The position numbers and the translations under genes were made by a program. The notes beneath the pieces are model-generated. The model was not told the origin of the DNA. It did no database searches and worked only from the letters and a program-made list of their open reading frames with translations. This document shows positions 50,296 to 62,345 of a DNA stretch of 64,000 nucleotides, one piece after another. The DNA is taken from contig NC_086100.1 in NCBI RefSeq assembly GCF_963921235.1, positions 202,494,001 through 202,558,000 of the forward strand, in the 5' to 3' direction. The DNA is from Mobula hypostoma. Lineage: Eukaryota. Within the stretch, counting starts at the first letter, position 1. Each line of letters begins with the position of its first letter.

Positions 50296-51960
50296 GGCCT
50301 TGCATTGGGTACCTTATAAAATGCCTTGCTGAAATCCATATACACTACATCTACTGCTCTTCCTTCATCAATGTGCTTAGTCACATCCTCGAAAAATTCA
50401 ATCAGGCTCATAAGGCATGACCTGCCCTTGACAAAGCCATACTGACTATTCCTAATTATATCATACCTCTCCAAATGTTCATAAATCCTGCCTCTCAGGA
50501 TGTTCTCCATCAACTTACCAATCACTGAAGTAAGACTCTGTGGTCTATAATTTCCTGGGCTATATCTTCTCCCTTTCTTGAATAAAGGAACAACATCCGC
50601 AACCCTTCAATCCTTCGGTACCTCTCCTGTCCCCACTGATGATGCAAAGATCATCGGCAGAGGCTCAGCCATCTCCTCCCTTGCCTTCCACAGTAGCCTG
50701 GGGTATATCTGGTTCCGTTCCCAGTGGCTTATCTGACTTGATGCTTTCCAAAAACTCCAGCACATCCTCTTTCTTAATATCTACATGCTCAAGCTTTTCA
50801 GTCTGCTGCAAATCATCACTACAATCACCAAGATCCTTTTCCATAGTGAATACTGAAGTAAAGTATTCATTAAGTACCTCTGCTATTTCCTCTGGTTCCA
50901 TACACACCTTCCCACTGTCACACTTGATAGGTCCTATTCTTTCACATCTTATCCTCTTGCTCTTCACATACTTGAAGAATGCCTTAGAGTTTTCCTTAAT
51001 CCTGCCCACCAAGGCCTTCTCATGGCCCCTTCTGGCTTTCCTAATTTCCTTCTTAAACTCCTTCCTGTTAGCCTTATAATCTTCTAGATCTCTAACATTA
51101 CCTAGCTCTCTGAACCTTTTGTAAGCATTTCTTTTCTTCTGGACTAGATTTATTACAGCCTTTGTACACCACGGTTCCTGCATTCTACCATACCATAAAT
51201 TCACCACCCGTTGGCTAAAGAAATTTTTCCGTATCACTGTTTTGAAAGGATGCCCCTCTCCTGAGGCTGTGCCCTCTTGTCCTAAACTCTCCCACCATGG
51301 GAAACATCCTTGCCACATCCACCCTGTCTAGGCCTTTCAACATTCGAGAAGTTTCAATGAGATCCCCCTCATCCTTTTGAATTCCAGTGAGGACAGACCC
51401 AGAGCCATCAAATGTTCCTAGTGTGACAACACTTTCATTCCTAGGATCATCCTTGTGAACCTCCTCTGAACCCTCTCCACTGCCAGCACATCTTTTCTAA
51501 GATGAGAGGCCCAAAACTGTTGACAATACTCAAGGTGAGGCCTCACCAGTGCCTTATAAAGCCTCAGCATCACATCCCTGCTCTTGTATTCTAGACCTCT
51601 TGAAATGAATGCTAACATGGCATTTGCCTTCCTCACCACTGACTCAGCCTGCAAGTTAACCTTCACGATGTTCTGCACAAGGACTCCCAAGTCCCTCTGC
51701 ATCTCAGATTCCTGGATTTTCTCCCCATTTAGAAAATAGTTGCACATTTATTTCTACTACCAAAGTGCATGACCATGCATTTTCCAACATTGTATTTCAT
51801 TTGCCACTTTCTTGCCCATTCTCCTAATCTGTCTAAGTCCCTCTGCATCCTACCTGTTTCCTCAACACCACCTGCCCCTCCATCAATCTTCATATCATCT
51901 GCAAACTTGGCACAAAGCCATCCATTCCATCATCTAAATCATTGATATGCAGCATGAAAT
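50296..51960 (-). mobile_element. Two CR1 ORF2 fragments
   Basis: ORFs 50250-50525, 50665-51318 and 51418-51747. Confidence 0.88.
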
Positions 51961-52089
51961 GAGGTTGAGGAGGGGAAAATAAGGGTCAGCCATGGTGGAA
52001 TGGTGGAGCAGTCTCTGTGGGCCTAACGGCCTAATCGCCTAATTCTGCTCCTCTGTCTTATGGTGTTATGGTCTTATTTTCAGCCTTCT

Positions 52090-53710
52090 TGACATTTGAT
52101 CTGATGTTGGAATCCTGGGAGACTCGCAGCCTCCCTGATAACCATGTCTGCATCAGTTGCTCTGAGCTGCAGCTCCTCAGAGAACGTATGGAGCTGCTAC
52201 TCCTTGACTTTCAGCTCATACAGGACAGTGAGGAGGTGATCGATAGGAGCTACAGGCAGGTAGTCGGCCCTAGGTTACAGGGAACATGTAACTGGGCGAC
52301 TGTCTGGAGAAGGAAGGTAAGTGGGCAGCCAGTGCGGAATACCCCTGTCGCTGTTGCCCTCGATAGTAAGTATACCACTTTAGAAATTGTTGAGGGGACA
52401 ACCTATCCCGGGAGAACACAGCAACCAGGTCTCTGGCACTGAGTCTGGAGCTGTGGCTCAGAAGAGAAGAGAGGTGAAGATGATCACACCGGTGATAAGA
52501 CACTGATAATCAGAGGAACAGAGATGAGATTATGTGTGCAAGATAGAGGCACTCGGATAATATGAAGCCTCCCAGGTGCTCAGGTCGGGGATTTCTAGTA
52601 TCGGGTGCATGGCATTCTAAAGGGGGAGGGAGAGTAGCCAGAGGCCTTGTACATCTTGAACTAATGACAGAGGTAGGACAGGTGAGGAGGTCCTCGAGAG
52701 AGATTTTAGGGAGTTAGGTAGAAAGCTGAAAAAGAATGTTGGATTGCCTCACAACAATAAGTGTAAGAATAGGATAGTTTTGCAGATGAATGTGTGGGTG
52801 AGGAACTGGTGCAAGGGCATTGGTTCAGATTTACGGATCACTGGGATCTTTTCTGGGGAAGGTATGACCTGTACAAAAGGGATGGGTTACACCCACCCAG
52901 GGGGACCAATATCCTTATGGGCAAGTGATTGTTAACCATAAGATCTGACTCCAGGTGTGGTCCTTTGCTGCTGGTGCTTTTACAGGGTTGCGTGTACGTA
53001 ACAGGAGGATCAGAGGGATCTTGGGGTCTGAGTCCATTGGACGCTCAAAGGTGCTGCACAGGTTGACTCTGTGGTTAAGAAGATGTACTGTGCATCAGCC
53101 TTCATCAATCGTGGGATTGAGTTTAAGAGCAGAGAGGTACTGTTACAGCTATATAGGACCCTAGTCAGATGCTTCTTGGGGTACTGTGCTCAGTTCTGGT
53201 CACCTCACTACAGGAAGGATGTGGAAACTATAGAAAGTGTGCGGAGGAGATCTATAAGGATGTTGCCTGGATTGGGGAGCATGCCTTATGAGAATAGGTT
53301 GAGTGAACTTGGCCTTTTCTCCTTGGAGTCGCGGAGGATGAGAGGTGACCTGATAGAGGTGTATAAGATGATGAGAGGAATTGATCGTGTGGATAGTCAG
53401 AGGTTTATCCCCAGGGCTGAAATGGCTGGCATGAGAGGGCACAGTTTTATGGTGCTTGGAAGTAGGTACAGAGGAGATGTCGGGTAAGTTTTTTACTCAG
53501 AGAGTGGTGAGTGCATGGAATGGGCTGCCAGTGACGGTGGAGGCAGATACGATAGGGTATTTTAAGAGACTCCTGGATAGGTACATGGAACTTGAAAAAA
53601 TAGAGGCTTTGGGTAACCCTAGGTAGTTTCTAAAGTAAGTACATTTGGCACAGCATTGTGGGTGAAGGGCCTGTATTATGCCATAGGTTTTCTATGCTTC
53701 TATGTTTCCA
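52090..53710 (+). mobile_element. Decayed CR1 ORF1 (52090-52930) and CR1 3' end (53005-53710)
   Basis: CISCSELQLL zinc-finger-like ORF1 start, esterase remnants, and RT C-terminus YCAQFWSPHYRKD. Confidence 0.8.
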
Positions 53711-53766
53711 AAATACGCATTCAGTTCGTCTGCCATCTTGCATCTCTCATTACAATATCTCCAGCG

Positions 53767-56700
53767 TGGACAACAGTAGAGTGATGGTCTGGTGTCTGAT
53801 GGACAACAACAGAGTGATGGTCCATTGTCTGATGGACAACAACGGAGTGATGGTCCATTGTCTGATGGACAACAGCAGAGTGATGGTCTGGTGTCTGATG
53901 GACAACAGCAGAGTGATGGTCCATTGTCTGATGGACAACAGCAGAGTGATGGTCCAGTGTCTGATGGACAACAGTAGAGTGATGGTCTGGTGTCTGATGG
54001 ACAACAGCAGAGTGATGGTCCATTGTCTGATGGACAACAACGGAGTGATGGTCCATTGTCTGATGGACAACAGCAGAGTGATGGTCCATTGTCTGATGGA
54101 CAACAGCAGAGTGATGGTCTGGTGTCTGATGGACAACAACAGAGTGATGGTCCATTGTCTGATGGACAACAGCAGAGTGATGGTCTGGTGTCTGATGGAC
54201 AACAACAGAGTGATGGTCCATTGTCTGATGGACAACAGCAGAGTGATGGTCCGGTGTCTGATGGACAACAGCAGAGTGATGGTCCGGGGACTGATGGACA
54301 ACAACAGAGTGATGGTCTGGTGTCTGTTGGACAACAACAGAGTGATGGTCCGGGGACTGATGGACAACAGTAGAGTGATGGTCTGGTGTCTGGTGCACAA
54401 CAACAGAGTGATGGTCGGTCTGTAGTCTGATGGACAACAGCAGAGTGATGGTCTGGTGTCTGTTGGACAACAGCAGAGTGATGGTCTGGTGTCTGATGGA
54501 CAACAGCAGAGTGATGGTCCGGTGTCTGATGGACAACAGCAGAGTGATGGTCCATTGTCTGATGGACAACAGCAGAGTGATGGTCCATTGTCTGATGGAG
54601 AACAGCAGAGTGATGGTCCATTGTCTGATGGACAACAGCAGAGTGATGCTCCGGTGTCTGATGGACAACAGCAGAGTGATGGTCTGGTGTCTGTTGGACA
54701 ACAGCAGAGTGATGGTCTGGTGTCTGATGGACAACAGCAGAGTGATGGTCTGGTGTCTGTTGGACAACAGCAGAGTGATGGTCTGGTGTCTGTTGGACAA
54801 CAGCAGAGTGATGGTCTGGTGTCTGTTGGACAACAGCAGAGTGATGGTCTGGTGTCTGTTGGACAACAGCAGAGTGATGGTCCGGTGTCTGATGGACAAC
54901 AGCAGAGTGATGGTCCATTGTCTGATGGACAACAGCAGAGTGATGGTCCATTGTCTGATGGACAACAGCAGAGTGATGGTCCATTGTCTGATGGACAACA
55001 GCAGAGTGATGGTCCATTGTCTGATGGACAACAACAGAGTGATGCTCCGGTGTCTGATGGACAACAGCAGAGTGATGGTCCATTGTCTGATGGACAACAG
55101 CAGAGTGATGGTCCATTGTCTGATGGACAACAGCAGAGTGATGGTCCATTGTCTGATGGACAACAGCAGAGTGATGGTCCATTGTCTGATGGACAACAGC
55201 AGAGTGATGCTCCGGTGTCTGATGAACAACAGCAGAGTGATGGTCCGGTGTCTGATGGACAACAACAGAGTGATGGTCTGGTGTCTGATGGACAACAACG
55301 GAGTGATGGTCCATTGTCTGATGGACAACAACAGAGTGATGGTCTGGTGTCTGATGGACAACAACAGAGTGATGGTCCGGTGTCTGATGGGCAACAGCAG
55401 AGTGATGGTCCGGTGTCTGATGGACAACAGCAGAGTGATGGTCCGGGGACTGATGGACAACAACAGAGTGATGGTCTGGTGTCTGTTGGACAACAGCAGA
55501 GTGATGGTCTGGTGTCTGTTGGACAACAGCAGAGTGATGGTCTGGTGTCTGATGGACAACAGCAGGGTGATGGTCCATTGTCTGATGGACAACAGCAGAG
55601 TGATGGTCCATTGTCTGATGGACAACAGCAGAGTGATGGTCCGGTGTCTGATGAACAACAGCAGAGTGATGGTCCGGTGTCTGATGGACAACAACAGAGT
55701 GATGGTCTGGTGTCTGATGGACAACAACAGAGTGATGGTCCATTGTCTGATGGACAACAACAGAGTGATGGTCTGGTGTCTGATGGACAACAACAGAGTG
55801 ATGGTCCGGGGACTGATGGGCAACAGCAGAGTGATGGTCCGGTGTCTGATGGGCAACAGCAGAGTGATGGTCTGGTGTCTGATGGACAACAGCAGAGTGA
55901 TGGTCCGGGGACTGATGGACAACAACAGAGTGATGGTCTGGTGTCTGTTGGACAACAGCAGAGTGATGGTCTGGTGTCTGATGGACAACAGCAGAGTGAT
56001 GGTCCATTGTCTGATGGACAACAGCAGAGTGATGGTCCATTGTCTGATGGACAACAACAGAGTGATGGTCCATTGTCTGATGGACAACAGCAGAGTGATG
56101 GTCCATTGTCTGATGGACAACAGCAGAGTGATGGTCCATTGTCTGATGGACAACAGCAGAGTGATGGTCCATTGTCTGATGGACAACAGCAGAGTGATGG
56201 TCCATCGTCTGATGGACAACAGCAGAGTGATGGTCCGGGGACTGATGGACAGCAACAGAGTGATGGTCTGGTGTCTGATGGACAACAGCAGAGTGATGGT
56301 CCATTGTCTGATGGGCAACAACAGAGTGATGGTCCGGTGTCTGATGGACAACAGCAGAGTGATGGTCCATTGTCTGATGGGCAACAACAGAGTGATGGTC
56401 CGGGGACTGATGGACAACAACAGAGTGATGGTCTGGAGTCTGATGGACAGCAACAGAGTGATGGTCTGGTGTCTGTTGGACAACAACAGAGTGATGGTCC
56501 ATTGTCTGATGGACAACAGCAGAGTGATGGTCCAGTGTCTGATTGACAACAGCAGAGTGATGGTCCATTGTCTGATGGACAGCAACAGAGTGATGGTCCA
56601 TTGTCTGATGGACAGCAACAGAGTGATGGTCTGGTGTCTGTTGGACAACAACAGAGTGATGGTCCATTGTCTGATGGACAACAGCAGAGTGATGGTCCGG

Positions 56701-57170
56701 TGTCTGATTGACAACAGCAGAGTGATGGTCCGGGGACTGATGGACAGCAACAGAGTGATGGTCTGGTGTCTGATGGACAACAGCAGAGTGATGGTCCGGT
56801 GTCTGATGGACAACGGCAGAGTGATGGTCTAGAGACTGATGGACAACAACAGAGTGATGGTCCGGTGTCTGATGGACAACAGCAGAGTGATGGTCCGGGG
56901 ACTGATGGACAACAACAGAGTGATGGTCTGGTGTCTGATGGACAACAACAGAGTGATGGTCCGGTGTCTGATGGACAACAACAGAGTGATGGTCTGGTGT
57001 CTGATGGACAATGGCAGAGTGATGGTCCGGTGTCTGATGGCCCACAACAGAGTGATGGTCTGGTGTCTGATGGACAATGGCAGAGTGATGGTCCGGTGTC
57101 TGATGGACCACAACAGAGTGATGGTCTGGTATGAGGTGGAAAACAGTAGCATGATAGTCTGGTGTCTGCT
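53767..57170. repeat. 33-bp minisatellite, about 100 copies
   Basis: Unit GATGGACAACAGCAGAGTGATGGTCCATTGTCT with CATT/TGGT/CGGT/CGGG variants. One 4-nt insertion near 54415. Confidence 0.98.
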
Positions 57171-57217
57171 ATCTGGTGAACCATAGCCTGACACAATTTC
57201 TCCACCTCTTCCCACAG

Positions 57218-58289
57218 ATATTTTTATACCAAGAGTATTGACATCAACCTGTCTTCAGTGAAGTGTATCCACAGAATGGCTTCAGACTATGGCGTGACTG
57301 CTATCCGTGATTACTGCGATAAACTCTTCTACAAACTCCTACCCCAGGACCCGTCTTTCCAACACCAGCTGGAACTGTACAACTATGCAGAGGCAGTCAA
57401 GGACCCCCTTCTGAAGGAGATCTGCATGGAGTTCTTTGCCTGGAACTGTGAGTTGTTGATCCAAACTCCAACGTGGTTTGAACTCAGCGACGATCAGCTC
57501 AACACCCTGCTGCTGAGGTCAGATCTTGTCATCTGGAATGAGCTGACCCTGTTCAAAGCTGTGGAGAGCTGGATTATCAATAAGAAGAAAACAGAGCTCA
57601 CGCACGAACTGATGGATAAAATTCGTTTCCATATGATCTCACCCGAGGACCTCGCCAAGATCCAGCTGCAGTCTTTACTTTATGAAGAACACGACAGCTT
57701 CTTCCTGAAGAGATTCCTGAAAGCCTTTGAGTTCCACTCTGTCTCCGTGGAACAGCTGAACGGAGATAGACATGTGTCCGACCTTGAGCTTGAGCCCCGA
57801 ATTTACACATCCTCAGAGTGGAGCGCACCCCTCCATGTCGACAGTAGTAGCTCGGTCCACAGCTCCTCAAATTCTTTCTACAATGGTTACCAGTACGTCC
57901 ATCAGGTCAGCTTCACCCAACCGTCCTCGCCCACCATCTCCTTCCAGACCAGCCAGTACACCAGCTCATTCTATGCCACTGACAAGGTAGTTTGGACAGC
58001 ATATTACCATCTGAATGCTCAAAGCTGCAAGAGCAGCAATGTGCCATGTCCCTACACCATCTACCCCATCGCCACACTGCATGGGACTGGCCACAGCAAA
58101 GACAGCCACATCCGCTACTACAACAAGGTCCTGCTTCTCTGTAGCAACCACTATGTCTCCTACGTGCACGATGTGAAGGAGAGCAGTGCGCTGATGCCGT
58201 CCTTTAAGGGACAGGGCCTCTTCTTCTTCGGCTGTGAGTCTGGCCTTTTCTCCACTCTCAGGTTCATTGTCAGACCTGTGTACAAGTGA
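57218..58289 (+). CDS. LGALS3BP: Galectin-3-binding protein, terminal coding exon (BTB end, BACK, C-terminal domain)
   Basis: CCTCTTCCCACAG| acceptor, phase 2. R-YFYTKSIDINLSSVKCIHRMASDYG..LLPQDPSFQHQLELYNYA..FFAWNCE..LLLRSDLVI..YNKVLLLC..RFIVRPVYK*. Closely follows the human LGALS3BP sequence as I recall it. Confidence 0.96.
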
Positions 58290-58299
58290 AACTCCCAAT

Positions 58300-58855
58300 C
58301 TACTGATTACACTTCACCACTCAAATGGATTACACAGTATGCTGTCGCACTCTACTGATTACACCACTCTCGCTCTGTAGTGATTACACCGCACTCTGTC
58401 ACTCTGTAGTGATTACACCGCACTCTGTCACTCTGTAGTGATTACAACAAACTCTGTCACTCTGTAGTGATTACACCGCACTCTGTCACTCTGTAGTGAT
58501 TACAACAAACTCTGTCACTCTGTAGTGATTACACAGCACTCTGCAGTGATTACACCGCACTCTGTCACTCTGCAGTGATTACACCGCACTCTGTCGCTCT
58601 GCAGTGATTACACCACGCTCTGTCGCTCTGCAGTGATTACACCGCGCTCTGTCGCTCTGCAGTGATTACACCGCACTCTGTCGCTCTGCAGTGATTACAC
58701 CGCACTCTGTCGCTCTGCAGTGATTACAGTGCACTCTGTCACTCTGCAGTGATTACACTACACTCTGTCACTCTGCAGTGATTACAACACGCTTGTTCAC
58801 ACTCTACTGATTACGCCGCACACTGCCGCTCTGCACTGATTACGCCGCACTCTAT
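58300..58855. repeat. 29-bp minisatellite in the 3' UTR, about 19 copies
   Basis: Unit GTGATTACACCGCACTCTGTCACTCTG(T/C)A, starting about 12 nt after the stop codon. Confidence 0.95.
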
Positions 58856-58869
58856 CACACTCCACTGAT

Positions 58870-59195
58870 GACATAAAAACATAGAAAACCTACAGCACAA
58901 TACAGGCCCTTCGGCCCACAAAGCTGTGCCGAACATGTTCTTACTTTATAAATTACCTCGGGATCCCCATAGCCCTCTATTTTTGTAAGCTCCATGTACC
59001 CATCCAGGAGTCTCTTAAAAGACCCTATCGTATCCACCACCACCACCATCGCTGGCAGCCCATTCCATGCACTTACCACTCCTTGTATGAAAAAACTTAC
59101 CCCTGACATCTCCTCTGTACCTATTTCCAAGCACCTTAAAACTGTGCCTTCTTGTGTGAGACATTTCAGCCCAGGGAAAAAGCCTTTGACTATCC
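58870..59195 (-). mobile_element. CR1 3' end, probably inside the LGALS3BP 3' UTR
   Basis: Reverse complement of the CR1 3' UTR seen at 43300-43585. Confidence 0.85.
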
Positions 59196-59385
59196 CAGGC
59201 ACAATGTCAGATGGAACGCCATTGAGAATACTTTCCAGCCACTTACAGTGCTCTTGGCAGTTCCCAACACACAGTTTGCTAATGACATTACATGGCACTA
59301 TGTACTGACAGCCATAGACTGGCACAGCCCAGAAACAGTGCCTTCCACCCTCTGTCTGCATACTGACCACCAGCTACCTATGCAG

Positions 59386-59391
59386 AATAAA
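59386..59391 (+). terminator. Candidate LGALS3BP polyadenylation signal
   Basis: First AATAAA I found after the stop codon, in apparently unique sequence. Confidence 0.4.
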
Positions 59392-59594
59392 CACGCTGCT
59401 TTATGGATATCTCTGCCTTGCTGATCAGAGTGTTTGACCTTATCTGCCTCCACTCTCCCCTCAGGAAACTTGCTCCTGAATTCTACCACCATCAGCATGA
59501 GACAATTCCTCACAAACCTCCTCAAACCCTCTTCCTCATAATATTGAGGTTTTACCCTCTTGTCCTCAACACCTCTGTGATCATAAGCTTTCTT

Positions 59595-59845
59595 ATTATC
59601 AGCAGTCATGGGAGTGCCAGTTCAATTCCTGCTGCTGTCTGCAAGCTGTCCCTGTCACTGGGTGGGTTTACTCCCGCATACCACAGAATTACGGGTTCCG
59701 GTTAGTAAGATGTGGGCATGCTAGGTTTGTGCTGGATGTGTGGTGATACCTGCGGACTGCTCAGCACACCTCGCTGATTATCTGATTTGACGCAAATGAC
59801 GCTGTAAGTTTCAATGTGTTTGTGACAAATAAAGTTAATCCTTAT
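59595..59845 (+). mobile_element. Degenerate V-SINE-like element
   Basis: B-box-like AGTTCAATTCC, V-domain-like GTGGGTTTACTCCC, tail TGTGACAAATAAAG. Confidence 0.5.
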
Positions 59846-60299
59846 CGTTTCTCTATCTTATAATTGTATACACCTCTCTCATCAAGTCACAGTGTTGTCA
59901 AGTGCGGGGACAGGCCACTTCGGCCTGGCATGTCCAAGCTAACCACGGTACTGGCCCCATTTACCCACATGTGGTGTGTAGCCCCAGGTAACACTGATCC
60001 TCCCATTGTACCAGCTCCCAAAGCATAAGAAATGCAAGCTTATCCCATCATTATAAAAGGAGGTAAAATGATAGTGAATGTATCCGCAGTACTGGATGAG
60101 GAGTTGACGATTTGCTAGGGCCCTGACAGATCTATAAATCTTCACTGGCCACAGGGGAGGTGTCAGATGAGTAGCAGAGACTACCTGTGGTCTCTGTATT
60201 CCAGAAGGATAATGGCAATGAGGCAGATAATTATTGTCAGTGCCAGGTAAGCTATTGGAAATCACTTTGTGAGTCCACACTTGGCAAGGCTGGAATTCG

Positions 60300-60760
60300 T
60301 CAAAGAGCAGCGTACACAAAATTCAGGCAGCACCTGTGGAAGAGAATAAACAGAAACACTTTGGTCAGAGACCCTTCGCCAGGACTGAAAGTAAAGGGGG
60401 AAGAAGACCAAGCTGGCAGGTGAGACCAGGTGATGGGGAAAGGTGAGTGTGGGGTGTGGACGAATTGAAAAGATAGGAGGTGGTAGGCAGAAAAGAAAAA
60501 GACTGAAGAAGGAATTTGATAGGAGAGTGGACCATGAGTGGAAGGGAGGGAGGAGGGGCACCAGAGGGAGGTGATGGGCAGGTGGGGTGGGGGTAAGAGA
60601 AAGGGTGAGCAGGGAGCCAGAATGAGGAAGCATAAAAGAGCAGGGGGAAATTACCAGAAGTTAGAGAATTCAATTTTAATGCCATAAAGTTGGAGGCTAC
60701 TCTGACTGAATATGAGGTGTTGATCCTCCAACCTGAAAGTGACATCATCGTGGTGTTTGA
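60300..60760. mobile_element. Degenerate Penelope-like terminal segment
   Basis: Same layout as the 33895-34260 arm: ACCCTTCG.CAGGACTG, a purine-rich tract, then AATTACCAGAAGTTAG. Confidence 0.55.
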
Positions 60761-61380
60761 CATTTCCACTCCTCCACAGGCTTTTTGATAAGCCATTGAA
60801 TGAGAACCTGGTTCGGAAGTTGCAGACCAGAGAGAACTCATCAACTAGGGGGGCTCAGCGGGCAGTGGCGGGGGGGGGGGGCGGTGGGGGAGATCAGGAG
60901 CAAACAGGGGAGGGGCTGTGTTTCAGAATTCAGGACATTGACTGCTGATGTGCCACAGGGATGGGCTCTGTGTCCCTTGCTGTTTGTCATGCACGTCGAC
61001 GCTTGGCCTGAAAATGTGAATGTGTCCTCTGTCCTCAATCTTTTTCCTGACAGGGGTCTGAACTGTCCCTCATCAGCCAGTATTACCTCATCCTGCTAGC
61101 CTTTCCCTCCACTCTAACAGGTACAGGAAGGAGGTAGAGAGCCGAGAGGCACGGTGTCAAAACAATCTTTACCTCAATGGCAGCAAAACAAAAGAGCAGG
61201 TCATTGACTTCAGGAACTGGGCCAAGTGCATGCCCATTGCCCTCCCCCCCCTCACCCCCACCCCCAATCTGGTGGAGATGGTGCAGATGATTGAGAGCTT
61301 GAAGACTGAGAGGATGCACCCTGTCTGAGCCCCTCACGATTCTCTCCCCCTCTATAAAGTTACCGCTCGGTCTCATAGAG

Positions 61381-62345
61381 CAGGGGTCCCCAACCTTTTT
61401 TGCACTGCGGACTGGTCTAATATTGACAATATCCTTGCGGACCTGCCCATTTTTTTTTCCCCTGCAAATCATTTTTGGCGATTCTGTTCGGGGGGGGGGC
61501 GTGTTAATCAAGACCAGAATATAGGTGATAAGTGGCTAATACACTCAATTTCATTTCTAAAAGGGTTTATCTAATGAATTTAATATTAAACACACAGTGC
61601 ATATTTTCCTCGCATGAATATAGTGATAAGTCAATTATCAGGGGAGGACAGGGGAGCTTGAAGTAAGTGTTGAACGAACTTCCACTAGAAGTGGTACAGG
61701 CAGGTTCGATATTATCACTTAAAGAAAAATTGGATAGGTATATGGACAGGAAAGGAATGGAGGGTTATGGGCTGAGTGCAGGTCGGTGGGACTAGGTGAG
61801 AGTAGCGTTCGGCACGGACTAGAAGGGCAGAGATGGCCCGTTTCCGCGCTGTAATTGTTATATGGTGATATAAGTAAGTCAATAGCATCATAACATTTTA
61901 AGTAACGTTTGGATATTAAACACACAGCACATATTTTCCCCGTATGAACATATAAAATCATTGCAACGCACCAATATCGCTGAATCAGTGGGAGCCCTGG
62001 GCTTGTTTCCCTGCAACATCGAGGGGTGATGGGAGACAGCGATACTCGAACAGGGTTCCTTATGTCCAGTCTATTCCGCGATTTAGTTTTCGTTGCATCC
62101 ATTGCAGAGATATGTTGGAAATGGAAGCAACGTTTTCAGTGCTTTCGTGGCTATCTCAGGATATTCAGCCTTGACTTTGATCCAGAATGCCAGCAGATAT
62201 GTTATGTCAAACGTACTTTTCAGCCCACCGCCATTTGCAAGCTCGAGGAGTTAATGTCCTTCCGGCGCTGACATGGATGACGCGTGGGTCACGACCTCGC
62301 GTGTGTTCAAGCTCAACAGTGGCTGTGACAGGGAATGAGGAAAGG
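61381..62345 (-). mobile_element. hAT (Charlie-like) DNA transposon remnant
   Basis: TIR CAGGGGTCCCCAACCTTTTT at 61381 after TCATAGAG. Minus-strand transposase C-terminus (ATKALKTLLPFPTYLC, ATKTKSRNRLDIRN..RVSLSPITPR). A captured CR1 3' piece lies at ~61650-61865. Confidence 0.8.

Noticed and set aside
53767..57170. CRISPR-like appearance (33-bp periodicity)
   Set aside because: The units are head-to-tail with no unique spacers, there are no cas genes, and the context is vertebrate.
53692..57205. 700-1150-aa ORFs in five frames (His-rich HQTPDHHSAVV, Cys-rich PSLCCC, Gln-rich DGQQQS)
   Set aside because: The 33-bp unit is a multiple of 3 and lacks TCA, TTA and CTA on the + strand, so the minus frames stay open automatically. 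The array is intronic, and a 4-nt insertion swaps frames without consequence.
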